DNA of 59,886 nt from Utricularia gibba (lineage: Eukaryota; Plantae; Magnoliophyta), in assembly GCA_002189035.1 (NCBI GenBank), contig NEEC01000047.1, positions 1 through 59,886 on the forward strand, in the 5' to 3' direction. The position numbers were made by a program, and so were the translations under genes. The number at the start of each line of letters is the position of its first letter. The stretch's first letter is position 1. Below, piece by piece: positions 11,401-25,582 of the stretch. The notes under the pieces are model-generated. The model did no database searches. It was not told where the DNA came from and saw nothing but the letters and a program-made list of their open reading frames with translations.

Positions 11401-14400
11401 TTGGCTACACTCGTAAAGGTGCACGAGCAGTATGCTGAATCGGATGATGGTCAAGCCGTTAGCATACGGAACACACTCGCGTGTTGCGCACGCGGCTTTA
11501 ACGATTGCTTAACCGAGTGATCCCTTCTCTATCTCCATCCACAATCTGGGTAAAAGGCATCCGGAGGTCAGGCATTGGAATGTCGTAAGGTATGAAGTAT
11601 GCATGTTGCAAGGCGTGACCTGCTTGCGAAGCAATACCGATCCATTCCACGTTACCCGCTTCTTTGCAAAGCCTGGAGGGAGAATGGAATTTTGCATCAG
11701 GAGTGGATGCCATGGGGGTCGAATTATAAGGGGAGGTGTGCGTTTGTTCCGTGAGCTATGTGGATTCGAAGCACAAGTGCTGGGTGGTCGAGTTATGGAC
11801 TTTGGGTTAGGAGTGGCTACACTCTGGATCCACGATCGATATGTTCTTCGATGCTCTATGACTCATTTCTCATTCAATGATGTCCACTCAATAGTAGCTT
11901 ACGTGGCTCGCAACGTATGTTTGATATAGATGACATCCTTTAACCTGTATGGTCGAAGGTTTTCTCCTCCCAAACGTATAGCGGCATGCCCACTTTCGTG
12001 TCCAAATATTCAGGAGGTCGGGGTGGTAGCCATCTAACGGCTGGATAGCACATCCACATCGTATGTGCTCCGTAGAATGAATCCGAAAATGTTAATGTTT
12101 CCAACGCACGTTGTTGGAGATCGGGAAAGTACATGGAGTGTCCTTGGCCACATTCTAGTATTCATTGGATGCTGGCTGAGTTTGTTGCACAACAAAACAC
12201 CCTCAAACGAGTAGCGATGGTGCACCATGATCCGCCATGGAGTGAACTCGTGACTCCTCTGCGTAAGTCTCACTTTGTTTCCATGGAAGATCATAAGGGA
12301 AAGCAATAGGAAAAACTAAGAAGTACTTGGTATCGTTGATGTTACAACCCTGCATCATTGATCCTGATGTACCCCCTTCGTATCGTTGGACGACACATCA
12401 GTGGTGAAGTACTTGGTTAGAGTCCATGGGTTGGACTTTACGGTCCTATGGACGTGCGCATCAGTGCTGGTCTAATCTCCACGCATCCTCATATCTTTCA
12501 ACGGCCGCGATAATAGACCAACGGTCTCCTTGTCCAGTCCATTCGCTAAGGAGTCCAGAACACCTGAAGGTAACGGCAAAGCTTGCGAGGCCCGTCCAGC
12601 AACGGAGAAAAGAAAGGAAGTAGTGCGCATGGATGTGAACGCCTAAAAGAGCGTGGGAGTTTGCACTAGAGACCATCAACCCGTTGAATCGTGTCGATGC
12701 TTGAGGAAGACGACCACCCATTCATCTTTGTACGTTGCATCGGACCTGGTTGAAAGTGAGGACGGAAAATTGGCTACACTCGTAAAGGTGCACGAGCAGT
12801 ATGCTGAATCGGATGATGGTCAAGCCGTTAGCATACGGAACACACTCGCGTGTTGCGCACGCGGCTTTAACGATTGCTTAACCGAGTGATCCCTTCTCTA
12901 TCTCCATCCACAATCTGGGTAAAAGGCATCCGGAGGTCAGGCATTGGAATGTCGTAAGGTATGAAGTATGCATGTTGCAAGGCGTGACCTGCTTGCGAAG
13001 CAATACCGATCCATTCCACGTTACCCGCTTCTTTGCAAAGCCTGGAGGGAGAATGGAATTTTGCATCAGGAGTGGATGCCATGGGGGTCGAATTATAAGG
13101 GGAGGTGTGCGTTTGTTCCGTGAGCTATGTGGATTCGAAGCACAAGTGCTGGGTGGTCGAGTTATGGACTTTGGGTTAGGAGTGGCTACACTCTGGATCC
13201 ACGATCGATATGTTCTTCGATGCTCTATGACTCATTTCTCATTCAATGATGTCCACTCAATAGTAGCTTACGTGGCTCGCAACGTATGTTTGATATAGAT
13301 GACATCCTTTAACCTGTATGGTCGAAGGTTTTCTCCTCCCAAACGTATAGCGGCATGCCCACTTTCGTGTCCAAATATTCAGGAGGTCGGGGTGGTAGCC
13401 ATCTAACGGCTGGATAGCACATCCACATCGTATGTGCTCCGTAGAATGAATCCGAAAATGTTAATGTTTCCAACGCACGTTGTTGGAGATCGGGAAAGTA
13501 CATGGAGTGTCCTTGGCCACATTCTAGTATTCATTGGATGCTGGCTGAGTTTGTTGCACAACAAAACACCCTCAAACGAGTAGCGATGGTGCACCATGAT
13601 CCGCCATGGAGTGAACTCGTGACTCCTCTGCGTAAGTCTCACTTTGTTTCCATGGAAGATCATAAGGGAAAGCAATAGGAAAAACTAAGAAGTACTTGGT
13701 ATCGTTGGTGTTACAACCCTGCATCATTGATCCTGATGTACCCCCTTCGTATCGTTGGACGACACATCAGTGGTGAAGTACTTGGTTAGAGTCCATGGGT
13801 TGGACTTTACGGTCCTATGGACGTGCGCATCAGTGCTGGTCTAATCTCCACGCATCCTCATATCTTTCAACGGCCGCGATAATAGACCAACGGTCTCCTT
13901 GTCCAGTCCATTCGCTAAGGAGTCCAGAACACCTGAAGGTAACGGCAAAGCTTGCGAGGCCCGTCCAGCAACGGAGAAAAGAAAGGAAGTAGTGCGCATG
14001 GATGTGAACGCCTAAAAGAGCGTGGGAGTTTGCACTAGAGACCATCAACCCGTTGAATCGTGTCGATGCTTGAGGGAAGACGACCACCCATTCATCTTTG
14101 TACGTTGCATCGGACCTGGTTGAAAGTGAGGACGGAAAATTGGCTACACTCGTAAAGGTGCACGAGCAGTATGCTGAATCGGATGATGGTCAAGCCGTTA
14201 GCATACGGAACACACTCGCGTGTTGCGCACGCGGCTTTAACGATTGCTTAACCGAGTGATCCCTTCTCTATCTCCATCCACAATCTGGGTAAAAGGCATC
14301 CGGAGGTCAGGCATTGGAATGTCGTAAGGTATGAAGTATGCATGTTGCAAGGCGTGACCTGCTTGCGAAGCAATACCGATCCATTCCACGTTACCCGCTT

Positions 14401-17400
14401 CTTTGCAAAGCCTGGAGGGAGAATGGAATTTTGCATCAGGAGTGGATGCCATGGGGGTCGAATTATAAGGGGAGGTGTGCGTTTGTTCCGTGAGCTATGT
14501 GGATTCGAAGCACAAGTGCTGGGTGGTCGAGTTATGGACTTTGGGTTAGGAGTGGCTACACTCTGGATCCACGATCGATATGTTCTTCGATGCTCTATGA
14601 CTCATTTCTCATTCAATGATGTCCACTCAATAGTAGCTTACGTGGCTCGCAACGTATGTTTGATATAGATGACATCCTTTAACCTGTATGGTCGAAGGTT
14701 TTCTCCTCCCAAACGTATAGCGGCATGCCCACTTTCGTGTCCAAATATTCAGGAGGTCGGGGTGGTAGCCATCTAACGGCTGGATAGCACATCCACATCG
14801 TATGTGCTCCGTAGAATGAATCCGAAAATGTTAATGTTTCCAACGCACGTTGTTGGAGATCGGGAAAGTACATGGAGTGTCCTTGGCCACATTCTAGTAT
14901 TCATTGGATGCTGGCTGAGTTTGTTGCACAACAAAACACCCTCAAACGAGTAGCGATGGTGCACCATGATCCGCCATGGAGTGAACTCGTGACTCCTCTG
15001 CGTAAGTCTCACTTTGTTTCCATGGAAGATCATAAGGGAAAGCAATAGGAAAAACTAAGAAGTACTTGGTATCGTTGGTGTTACAACCCTGCATCATTGA
15101 TCCTGATGTACCCCCTTCGTATCGTTGGACGACACATCAGTGGTGAAGTACTTGGTTAGAGTCCATGGGTTGGACTTTACGGTCCTATGGACGTGCGCAT
15201 CAGTGCTGGTCTAATCTCCACGCATCCTCATATCTTTCAACGGCCGCGATAATAGACCAACGGTCTCCTTGTCCAGTCCATTCGCTAAGGAGTCCAGAAC
15301 ACCTGAAGGTAACGGCAAAGCTTGCGAGGCCCGTCCAGCAACGGAGAAAAGAAAGGAAGTAGTGCGCATGGATGTGAACGCCTAAAAGAGCGTGGGAGTT
15401 TGCACTAGAGACCATCAACCCGTTGAATCGTGTCGATGCTTGAGGAAGACGACCACCCATTCATCTTTGTACGTTGCATCGGACCTGGTTGAAAGTGAGG
15501 ACGGAAAATTGGCTACACTCGTAAAGGTGCACGAGCAGTATGCTGAATCGGATGATGGTCAAGCCGTTAGCATACGGAAAACACACTCGCGTGTTGCGCA
15601 CGCGGCTTTAACGATTGCTTAACCGAGTGATCCCTTCTCTATCTCCATCCACAATCTGGGTAAAAGGCATCCGGAGGTCAGGCATTGGAATGTCGTAAGG
15701 TATGAAGTATGCATGTTGCAAGGCGTGACCTGCTTGCGAAGCAATACCGATCCATTCCACGTTACCCGCTTCTTTGCAAAGCCTGGAGGGAGAATGGAAT
15801 TTTGCATCAGGAGTGGATGCCATGGGGGTCGAATTATAAGGGGAGGTGTGCGTTTGTTCCGTGAGCTATGTGGATTCGAAGCACAAGTGCTGGGTGGTCG
15901 AGTTATGGACTTTGGGTTAGGAGTGGCTACACTCTGGATCCACGATCGATATGTTCTTCGATGCTCTATGACTCATTTCTCATTCAATGATGTCCACTCA
16001 ATAGTAGCTTACGTGGCTCGCAACGTATGTTTGATATAGATGACATCCTTTAACCTGTATGGTCGAAGGTTTTCTCCTCCCAAACGTATAGCGGCATGCC
16101 CACTTTCGTGTCCAAATATTCAGGAGGTCGGGGTGGTAGCCATCTAACGGCTGGATAGCACATCCACATCGTATGTGCTCCGTAGAATGAATCCGAAAAT
16201 GTTAATGTTTCCAACGCACGTTGTTGGAGATCGGGAAAGTACATGGAGTGTCCTTGGCCACATTCTAGTATTCATTGGATGCTGGCTGAGTTTGTTGCAC
16301 AACAAAACACCCTCAAACGAGTAGCGATGGTGCACCATGATCCGCCATGGAGTGAACTCGTGACTCCTCTGCGTAAGTCTCACTTTGTTTCCATGGAAGA
16401 TCATAAGGGAAAGCAATAGGAAAAACTAAGAAGTACTTGGTATCGTTGGTGTTACAACCCTGCATCATTGATCCTGATGTACCCCCTTCGTATCGTTGGA
16501 CGACACATCAGTGGTGAAGTACTTGGTTAGAGTCCATGGGTTGGACTTTACGGTCCTATGGACGTGCGCATCAGTGCTGGTCTAATCTCCACGCATCCTC
16601 ATATCTTTCAACGGCCGCGATAATAGACCAACGGTCTCCTTGTCCAGTCCATTCGCTAAGGAGTCCAGAACACCTGAAGGTAACGGCAAAGCTTGCGAGG
16701 CCCGTCCAGCAACGGAGAAAAGAAAGGAAGTAGTGCGCATGGATGTGAACGCCTAAAAGAGCGTGGGAGTTTGCACTAGAGACCATCAACCCGTTGAATC
16801 GTGTCGATGCTTGAGGAAGACGACCACCCATTCATCTTTGTACGTTGCATCGGACCTGGTTGAAAGTGAGGACGGAAAATTGGCTACACTCGTAAAGGTG
16901 CACGAGCAGTATGCTGAATCGGATGATGGTCAAGCCGTTAGCATACGGAACACACTCGCGTGTTGCGCACGCGGCTTTAACGATTGCTTAACCAAGTGAT
17001 CCCTTCTCTATCTCCATCCACAATCTGGGTAAAAGGCATCCGGAGGTCAGGCATTGGAATGTCGTAAGGTATGAAGTATGCATGTTGCAAGGCGTGACCT
17101 GCTTGCGAAGCAATACCGATCCATTCCACGTTACCCGCTTCTTTGCAAAGCCTGGAGGGAGAATGGAATTTTGCATCAGGAGTGGATGCCATGGGGGTCG
17201 AATTATAAGGGGAGGTGTGCGTTTGTTCCGTGAGCTATGTGGATTCGAAGCACAAGTGCTGGGTGGTCGAGTTATGGACTTTGGGTTAGGAGTGGCTACA
17301 CTCTGGATCCACGATCGATATGTTCTTCGATGCTCTATGACTCATTTCTCATTCAATGATGTCCACTCAATAGTAGCTTACGTGGCTCGCAACGTATGTT

Positions 17401-20400
17401 TGATATAGATGACATCCTTTAACCTGTATGGTCGAAGGTTTTCTCCTCCCAAACGTATAGCGGCATGCCCACTTTCGTGTCCAAATATTCAGGAGGTCGG
17501 GGTGGTAGCCATCTAACGGCTGGATAGCACATCCACATCGTATGTGCTCCGTAGAATGAATCCGAAAATGTTAATGTTTCCAACGCACGTTGTTGGAGAT
17601 CGGGAAAGTACATGGAGTGTCCTTGGCCACATTCTAGTATTCATTGGATGCTGGCTGAGTTTGTTGCACAACAAAACACCCTCAAACGAGTAGCGATGGT
17701 GCACCATGATCCGCCATGGAGTGAACTCGTGACTCCTCTGCGTAAGTCTCACTTTGTTTCCATGGAAGATCATAAGGGAAAGCAATAGGAAAAACTAAGA
17801 AGTACTTGGTATCGTTGGTGTTACAACCCTGCATCATTGATCCTGATGTACCCCCTTCGTATCGTTGGACGACACATCAGTGGTGAAGTACTTGGTTAGA
17901 GTCCATGGGTTGGACTTTACGGTCCTATGGACGTGCGCATCAGTGCTGGTCTAATCTCCACGCATCCTCATATCTTTCAACGGCCGCGATAATAGACCAA
18001 CGGTCTCCTTGTCCAGTCCATTCGCTAAGGAGTCCAGAACACCTGAAGGTAACGGCAAAGCTTGCGAGGCCCGTCCAGCAACGGAGAAAAGAAAGGAAGT
18101 AGTGCGCATGGATGTGAACGCCTAAAAGAGCGTGGGAGTTTGCACTAGAGACCATCAACCCGTTGAATCGTGTCGATGCTTGAGGGAAGACGACCACCCA
18201 TTCATCTTTGTACGTTGCATCGGACCTGGTTGAAAGTGAGGACGGAAAATTGGCTACACTCGTAAAGGTGCACGAGCAGTATGCTGAATCGGATGATGGT
18301 CAAGCCGTTAGCATACGGAACACACTCGCGTGTTGCGCACGCGGCTTTAACGATTGCTTAACCAAGTGATCCCTTCTCTATCTCCATCCACAATCTGGGT
18401 AAAAGGCATCCGGAGGTCAGGCATTGGAATGTCGTAAGGTATGAAGTATGCATGTTGCAAGGCGTGACCTGCTTGCGAAGCAATACCGATCCATTCCACG
18501 TTACCCGCTTCTTTGCAAAGCCTGGAGGGAGAATGGAATTTTGCATCAGGAGTGGATGCCATGGGGGTCGAATTATAAGGGGAGGTGTGCGTTTGTTCCG
18601 TGAGCTATGTGGATTCGAAGCACAAGTGCTGGGTGGTCGAGTTATGGACTTTGGGTTAGGAGTGGCTACACTCTGGATCCACGATCGATATGTTCTTCGA
18701 TGCTCTATGACTCATTTCTCATTCAATGATGTCCACTCAATAGTAGCTTACGTGGCTCGCAACGTATGTTTGATATAGATGACATCCTTTAACCTGTATG
18801 GTCGAAGGTTTTCTCCTCCCAAACGTATAGCGGCATGCCCACTTTCGTGTCCAAATATTCAGGAGGTCGGGGTGGTAGCCATCTAACGGCTGGATAGCAC
18901 ATCCACATCGTATGTGCTCCGTAGAATGAATCCGAAAATGTTAATGTTTCCAACGCACGTTGTTGGAGATCGGGAAAGTACATGGAGTGTCCTTGGCCAC
19001 ATTCTAGTATTCATTGGATGCTGGCTGAGTTTGTTGCACAACAAAACACCCTCAAACGAGTAGCGATGGTGCACCATGATCCGCCATGGAGTGAACTCGT
19101 GACTCCTCTGCGTAAGTCTCACTTTGTTTCCATGGAAGATCATAAGGGAAAGCAATAGGAAAAACTAAGAAGTACTTGGTATCGTTGGTGTTACAACCCT
19201 GCATCATTGATCCTGATGTACCCCCTTCGTATCGTTGGACGACACATCAGTGGTGAAGTACTTGGTTAGAGTCCATGGGTTGGACTTTACGGTCCTATGG
19301 ACGTGCGCATCAGTGCTGGTCTAATCTCCACGCATCCTCATATCTTTCAACGGCCGCGATAATAGACCAACGGTCTCCTTGTCCAGTCCATTCGCTAAGG
19401 AGTCCAGAACACCTGAAGGTAACGGCAAAGCTTGCGAGGCCCGTCCAGCAACGGAGAAAAGAAAGGAAGTAGTGCGCATGGATGTGAACGCCTAAAAGAG
19501 CGTGGGAGTTTGCACTAGAGACCATCAACCCGTTGAATCGTGTCGATGCTTGAGGGAAGACGACCACCCATTCATCTTTGTACGTTGCATCGGACCTGGT
19601 TGAAAGTGAGGACGGAAAATTGGCTACACTCGTAAAGGTGCACGAGCAGTATGCTGAATCGGATGATGGTCAAGCCGTTAGCATACGGAACACACTCGCG
19701 TGTTGCGCACGCGGCTTTAACGATTGCTTAACCAAGTGATCCCTTCTCTATCTCCATCCACAATCTGGGTAAAAGGCATCCGGAGGTCAGGCATTGGAAT
19801 GTCGTAAGGTATGAAGTATGCATGTTGCAAGGCGTGACCTGCTTGCGAAGCAATACCGATCCATTCCACGTTACCCGCTTCTTTGCAAAGCCTGGAGGGA
19901 GAATGGAATTTTGCATCAGGAGTGGATGCCATGGGGGTCGAATTATAAGGGGAGGTGTGCGTTTGTTCCGTGAGCTATGTGGATTCGAAGCACAAGTGCT
20001 GGGTGGTCGAGTTATGGACTTTGGGTTAGGAGTGGCTACACTCTGGATCCACGATCGATATGTTCTTCGATGCTCTATGACTCATTTCTCATTCAATGAT
20101 GTCCACTCAATAGTAGCTTACGTGGCTCGCAACGTATGTTTGATATAGATGACATCCTTTAACCTGTATGGTCGAAGGTTTTCTCCTCCCAAACGTATAG
20201 CGGCATGCCCACTTTCGTGTCCAAATATTCAGGAGGTCGGGGTGGTAGCCATCTAACGGCTGGATAGCACATCCACATCGTATGTGCTCCGTAGAATGAA
20301 TCCGAAAATGTTAATGTTTCCAACGCACGTTGTTGGAGATCGGGAAAGTACATGGAGTGTCCTTGGCCACATTCTAGTATTCATTGGATGCTGGCTGAGT

Positions 20401-23400
20401 TTGTTGCACAACAAAACACCCTCAAACGAGTAGCGATGGTGCACCATGATCCGCCATGGAGTGAACTCGTGACTCCTCTGCGTAAGTCTCACTTTGTTTC
20501 CATGGAAGATCATAAGGGAAAGCAATAGGAAAAACTAAGAAGTACTTGGTATCGTTGGTGTTACAACCCTGCATCATTGATCCTGATGTACCCCCTTCGT
20601 ATCGTTGGACGACACATCAGTGGTGAAGTACTTGGTTAGAGTCCATGGGTTGGACTTTACGGTCCTATGGACGTGCGCATCAGTGCTGGTCTAATCTCCA
20701 CGCATCCTCATATCTTTCAACGGCCGCGATAATAGACCAACGGTCTCCTTGTCCAGTCCATTCGCTAAGGAGTCCAGAACACCTGAAGGTAACGGCAAAG
20801 CTTGCGAGGCCCGTCCAGCAACGGAGAAAAGAAAGGAAGTAGTGCGCATGGATGTGAACGCCTAAAAGAGCGTGGGAGTTTGCACTAGAGACCATCAACC
20901 CGTTGAATCGTGTCGATGCTTGAGGGAAGACGACCACCCATTCATCTTTGTACGTTGCATCGGACCTGGTTGAAAGTGAGGACGGAAAATTGGCTACACT
21001 CGTAAAGGTGCACGAGCAGTATGCTGAATCGGATGATGGTCAAGCCGTTAGCATACGGAACACACTCGCGTGTTGCGCACGCGGCTTTAACGATTGCTTA
21101 ACCAAGTGATCCCTTCTCTATCTCCATCCACAATCTGGGTAAAAGGCATCCGGAGGTCAGGCATTGGAATGTCGTAAGGTATGAAGTATGCATGTTGCAA
21201 GGCGTGACCTGCTTGCGAAGCAATACCGATCCATTCCACGTTACCCGCTTCTTTGCAAAGCCTGGAGGGAGAATGGAATTTTGCATCAGGAGTGGATGCC
21301 ATGGGGGTCGAATTATAAGGGGAGGTGTGCGTTTGTTCCGTGAGCTATGTGGATTCGAAGCACAAGTGCTGGGTGGTCGAGTTATGGACTTTGGGTTAGG
21401 AGTGGCTACACTCTGGATCCACGATCGATATGTTCTTCGATGCTCTATGACTCATTTCTCATTCAATGATGTCCACTCAATAGTAGCTTACGTGGCTCGC
21501 AACGTATGTTTGATATAGATGACATCCTTTAACCTGTATGGTCGAAGGTTTTCTCCTCCCAAACGTATAGCGGCATGCCCACTTTCGTGTCCAAATATTC
21601 AGGAGGTCGGGGTGGTAGCCATCTAACGGCTGGATAGCACATCCACATCGTATGTGCTCCGTAGAATGAATCCGAAAATGTTAATGTTTCCAACGCACGT
21701 TGTTGGAGATCGGGAAAGTACATGGAGTGTCCTTGGCCACATTCTAGTATTCATTGGATGCTGGCTGAGTTTGTTGCACAACAAAACACCCTCAAACGAG
21801 TAGCGATGGTGCACCATGATCCGCCATGGAGTGAACTCGTGACTCCTCTGCGTAAGTCTCACTTTGTTTCCATGGAAGATCATAAGGGAAAGCAATAGGA
21901 AAAACTAAGAAGTACTTGGTATCGTTGGTGTTACAACCCTGCATCATTGATCCTGATGTACCCCCTTCGTATCGTTGGACGACACATCAGTGGTGAAGTA
22001 CTTGGTTAGAGTCCATGGGTTGGACTTTACGGTCCTATGGACGTGCGCATCAGTGCTGGTCTAATCTCCACGCATCCTCATATCTTTCAACGGCCGCGAT
22101 AATAGACCAACGGTCTCCTTGTCCAGTCCATTCGCTAAGGAGTCCAGAACACCTGAAGGTAACGGCAAAGCTTGCGAGGCCCGTCCAGCAACGGAGAAAA
22201 GAAAGGAAGTAGTGCGCATGGATGTGAACGCCTAAAAGAGCGTGGGAGTTTGCACTAGAGACCATCAACCCGTTGAATCGTGTCGATGCTTGAGGGAAGA
22301 CGACCACCCATTCATCTTTGTACGTTGCATCGGACCTGGTTGAAAGTGAGGACGGAAAATTGGCTACACTCGTAAAGGTGCACGAGCAGTATGCTGAATC
22401 GGATGATGGTCAAGCCGTTAGCATACGGAAAACACACTCGCGTGTTGCGCACGCGGCTTTAACGATTGCTTAACCAAGTGATCCCTTCTCTATCTCCATC
22501 CACAATCTGGGTAAAAGGCATCCGGAGGTCAGGCATTGGAATGTCGTAAGGTATGAAGTATGCATGTTGCAAGGCGTGACCTGCTTGCGAAGCAATACCG
22601 ATCCATTCCACGTTACCCGCTTCTTTGCAAAGCCTGGAGGGAGAATGGAATTTTGCATCAGGAGTGGATGCCATGGGGGTCGAATTATAAGGGGAGGTGT
22701 GCGTTTGTTCCGTGAGCTATGTGGATTCGAAGCACAAGTGCTGGGTGGTCGAGTTATGGACTTTGGGTTAGGAGTGGCTACACTCTGGATCCACGATCGA
22801 TATGTTCTTCGATGCTCTATGACTCATTTCTCATTCAATGATGTCCACTCAATAGTAGCTTACGTGGCTCGCAACGTATGTTTGATATAGATGACATCCT
22901 TTAACCTGTATGGTCGAAGGTTTTCTCCTCCCAAACGTATAGCGGCATGCCCACTTTCGTGTCCAAATATTCAGGAGGTCGGGGTGGTAGCCATCTAACG
23001 GCTGGATAGCACATCCACATCGTATGTGCTCCGTAGAATGAATCCGAAAATGTTAATGTTTCCAACGCACGTTGTTGGAGATCGGGAAAGTACATGGAGT
23101 GTCCTTGGCCACATTCTAGTATTCATTGGATGCTGGCTGAGTTTGTTGCACAACAAAACACCCTCAAACGAGTAGCGATGGTGCACCATGATCCGCCATG
23201 GAGTGAACTCGTGACTCCTCTGCGTAAGTCTCACTTTGTTTCCATGGAAGATCATAAGGGAAAGCAATAGGAAAAACTAAGAAGTACTTGGTATCGTTGG
23301 TGTTACAACCCTGCATCATTGATCCTGATGTACCCCCTTCGTATCGTTGGACGACACATCAGTGGTGAAGTACTTGGTTAGAGTCCATGGGTTGGACTTT

Positions 23401-24670
23401 ACGGTCCTATGGACGTGCGCATCAGTGCTGGTCTAATCTCCACGCATCCTCATATCTTTCAACGGCCGCGATAATAGACCAACGGTCTCCTTGTCCAGTC
23501 CATTCGCTAAGGAGTCCAGAACACCTGAAGGTAACGGCAAAGCTTGCGAGGCCCGTCCAGCAACGGAGAAAAGAAAGGAAGTAGTGCGCATGGATGTGAA
23601 CGCCTAAAAGAGCGTGGGAGTTTGCACTAGAGACCATCAACCCGTTGAATCGTGTCGATGCTTGAGGGAAGACGACCACCCATTCATCTTTGTACGTTGC
23701 ATCGGACCTGGTTGAAAGTGAGGACGGAAAATTGGCTACACTCGTAAAGGTGCACGAGCAGTATGCTGAATCGGATGATGGTCAAGCCGTTAGCATACGG
23801 AACACACTCGCGTGTTGCGCACGCGGCTTTAACGATTGCTTAACCGAGTGATCCCTTCTCTATCTCCATCCACAATCTGGGTAAAAGGCATCCGGAGGTC
23901 AGGCATTGGAATGTCGTAAGGTATGAAGTATGCATGTTGCAAGGCGTGACCTGCTTGCGAAGCAATACCGATCCATTCCACGTTACCCGCTTCTTTGCAA
24001 AGCCTGGAGGGAGAATGGAATTTTGCATCAGGAGTGGATGCCATGGGGGTCGAATTATAAGGGGAGGTGTGCGTTTGTTCCGTGAGCTATGTGGATTCGA
24101 AGCACAAGTGCTGGGTGGTCGAGTTATGGACTTTGGGTTAGGAGTGGCTACACTCTGGATCCACGATCGATATGTTCTTCGATGCTCTATGACTCATTTC
24201 TCATTCAATGATGTCCACTCAATAGTAGCTTACGTGGCTCGCAACGTATGTTTGATATAGATGACATCCTTTAACCTGTATGGTCGAAGGTTTTCTCCTC
24301 CCAAACGTATAGCGGCATGCCCACTTTCGTGTCCAAATATTCAGGAGGTCGGGGTGGTAGCCATCTAACGGCTGGATAGCACATCCACATCGTATGTGCT
24401 CCGTAGAATGAATCCGAAAATGTTAATGTTTCCAACGCACGTTGTTGGAGATCGGGAAAGTACATGGAGTGTCCTTGGCCACATTCTAGTATTCATTGGA
24501 TGCTGGCTGAGTTTGTTGCACAACAAAACACCCTCAAACGAGTAGCGATGGTGCACCATGATCCGCCATGGAGTGAACTCGTGACTCCTCTGCGTAAGTC
24601 TCACTTTGTTTCCATGGAAGATCATAAGGGAAAGCAATAGGAAAAACTAAGAAGTACTTGGTATCGTTGG

Positions 24671-25582
24671 TGTTACAACCCTGCATCATTGATCCTGATG
24701 TACCCCCTTCGTATCGTTGGACGACACATCAGTGGTGAAGTACTTGGTTAGAGTCCATGGGTTGGACTTTACGGTCCTATGGACGTGCGCATCAGTGCTG
24801 GTCTAATCTCCACGCATCCTCATATCTTTCAACGGCCGCGATAATAGACCAACGGTCTCCTTGTCCAGTCCATTCGCTAAGGAGTCCAGAACACCTGAAG
24901 GTAACGGCAAAGCTTGCGAGGCCCGTCCAGCAACGGAGAAAAGAAAGGAAGTAGTGCGCATGGATGTGAACGCCTAAAAGAGCGTGGGAGTTTGCACTAG
25001 AGACCATCAACCCGTTGAATCGTGTCGATGCTTGAGGAAGACGACCACCCATTCATCTTTGTACGTTGCATCGGACCTGGTTGAAAGTGAGGACGGAAAA
25101 TCCGTGTTGCACTAGAGACCATCTTGCTAAATATGTTCGTGTGTAGCTTACCTCGCAACGTGTTTGATATAGATGACATCCTTTAAACTGTATGGTCGAA
25201 GGTTTTCTCCTCCCAAACGTATAGCGGCATGCCCACTTTCGTGTCCAAATATTCAGGAGGTCGGGGTGGTAGCCATCTAACGGCTGGATAGCACATCCAC
25301 ATCGTATGTGCTCCGTAGAATGAATCCGAAAATGTTAATGTTTCCAACGCACGTTGTTGGAGATCGGGAAAGTACATGGAGTGTCCTTGGCCACATTCTA
25401 GTATTCATTGGATGCTGGCTGAGTTTGTTGCACAACAAAACACCCTCAAACGAGTAGCGATGGTGCACCATGATCCGCCATGGAGTGAACTCGTGACTCC
25501 TCTGCGTAAGTCTCACTTTGTTTCCATGGAAGATCATAAGGGAAAGCAATAGGAAAAACTAAGAAGTACTTGGTATCGTTGA
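24671..25582 (+). repeat. Truncated unit 19 (912 bp): ~460-bp net internal deletion with a scrambled junction
   Basis: Normal up to GGACGGAAAA (25100), then ~45 nt of patchwork, then resumes near unit position 926 (GTAGCTTAC). ORF spacing 24757 to 25669 is 912 bp. Confidence 0.93.
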
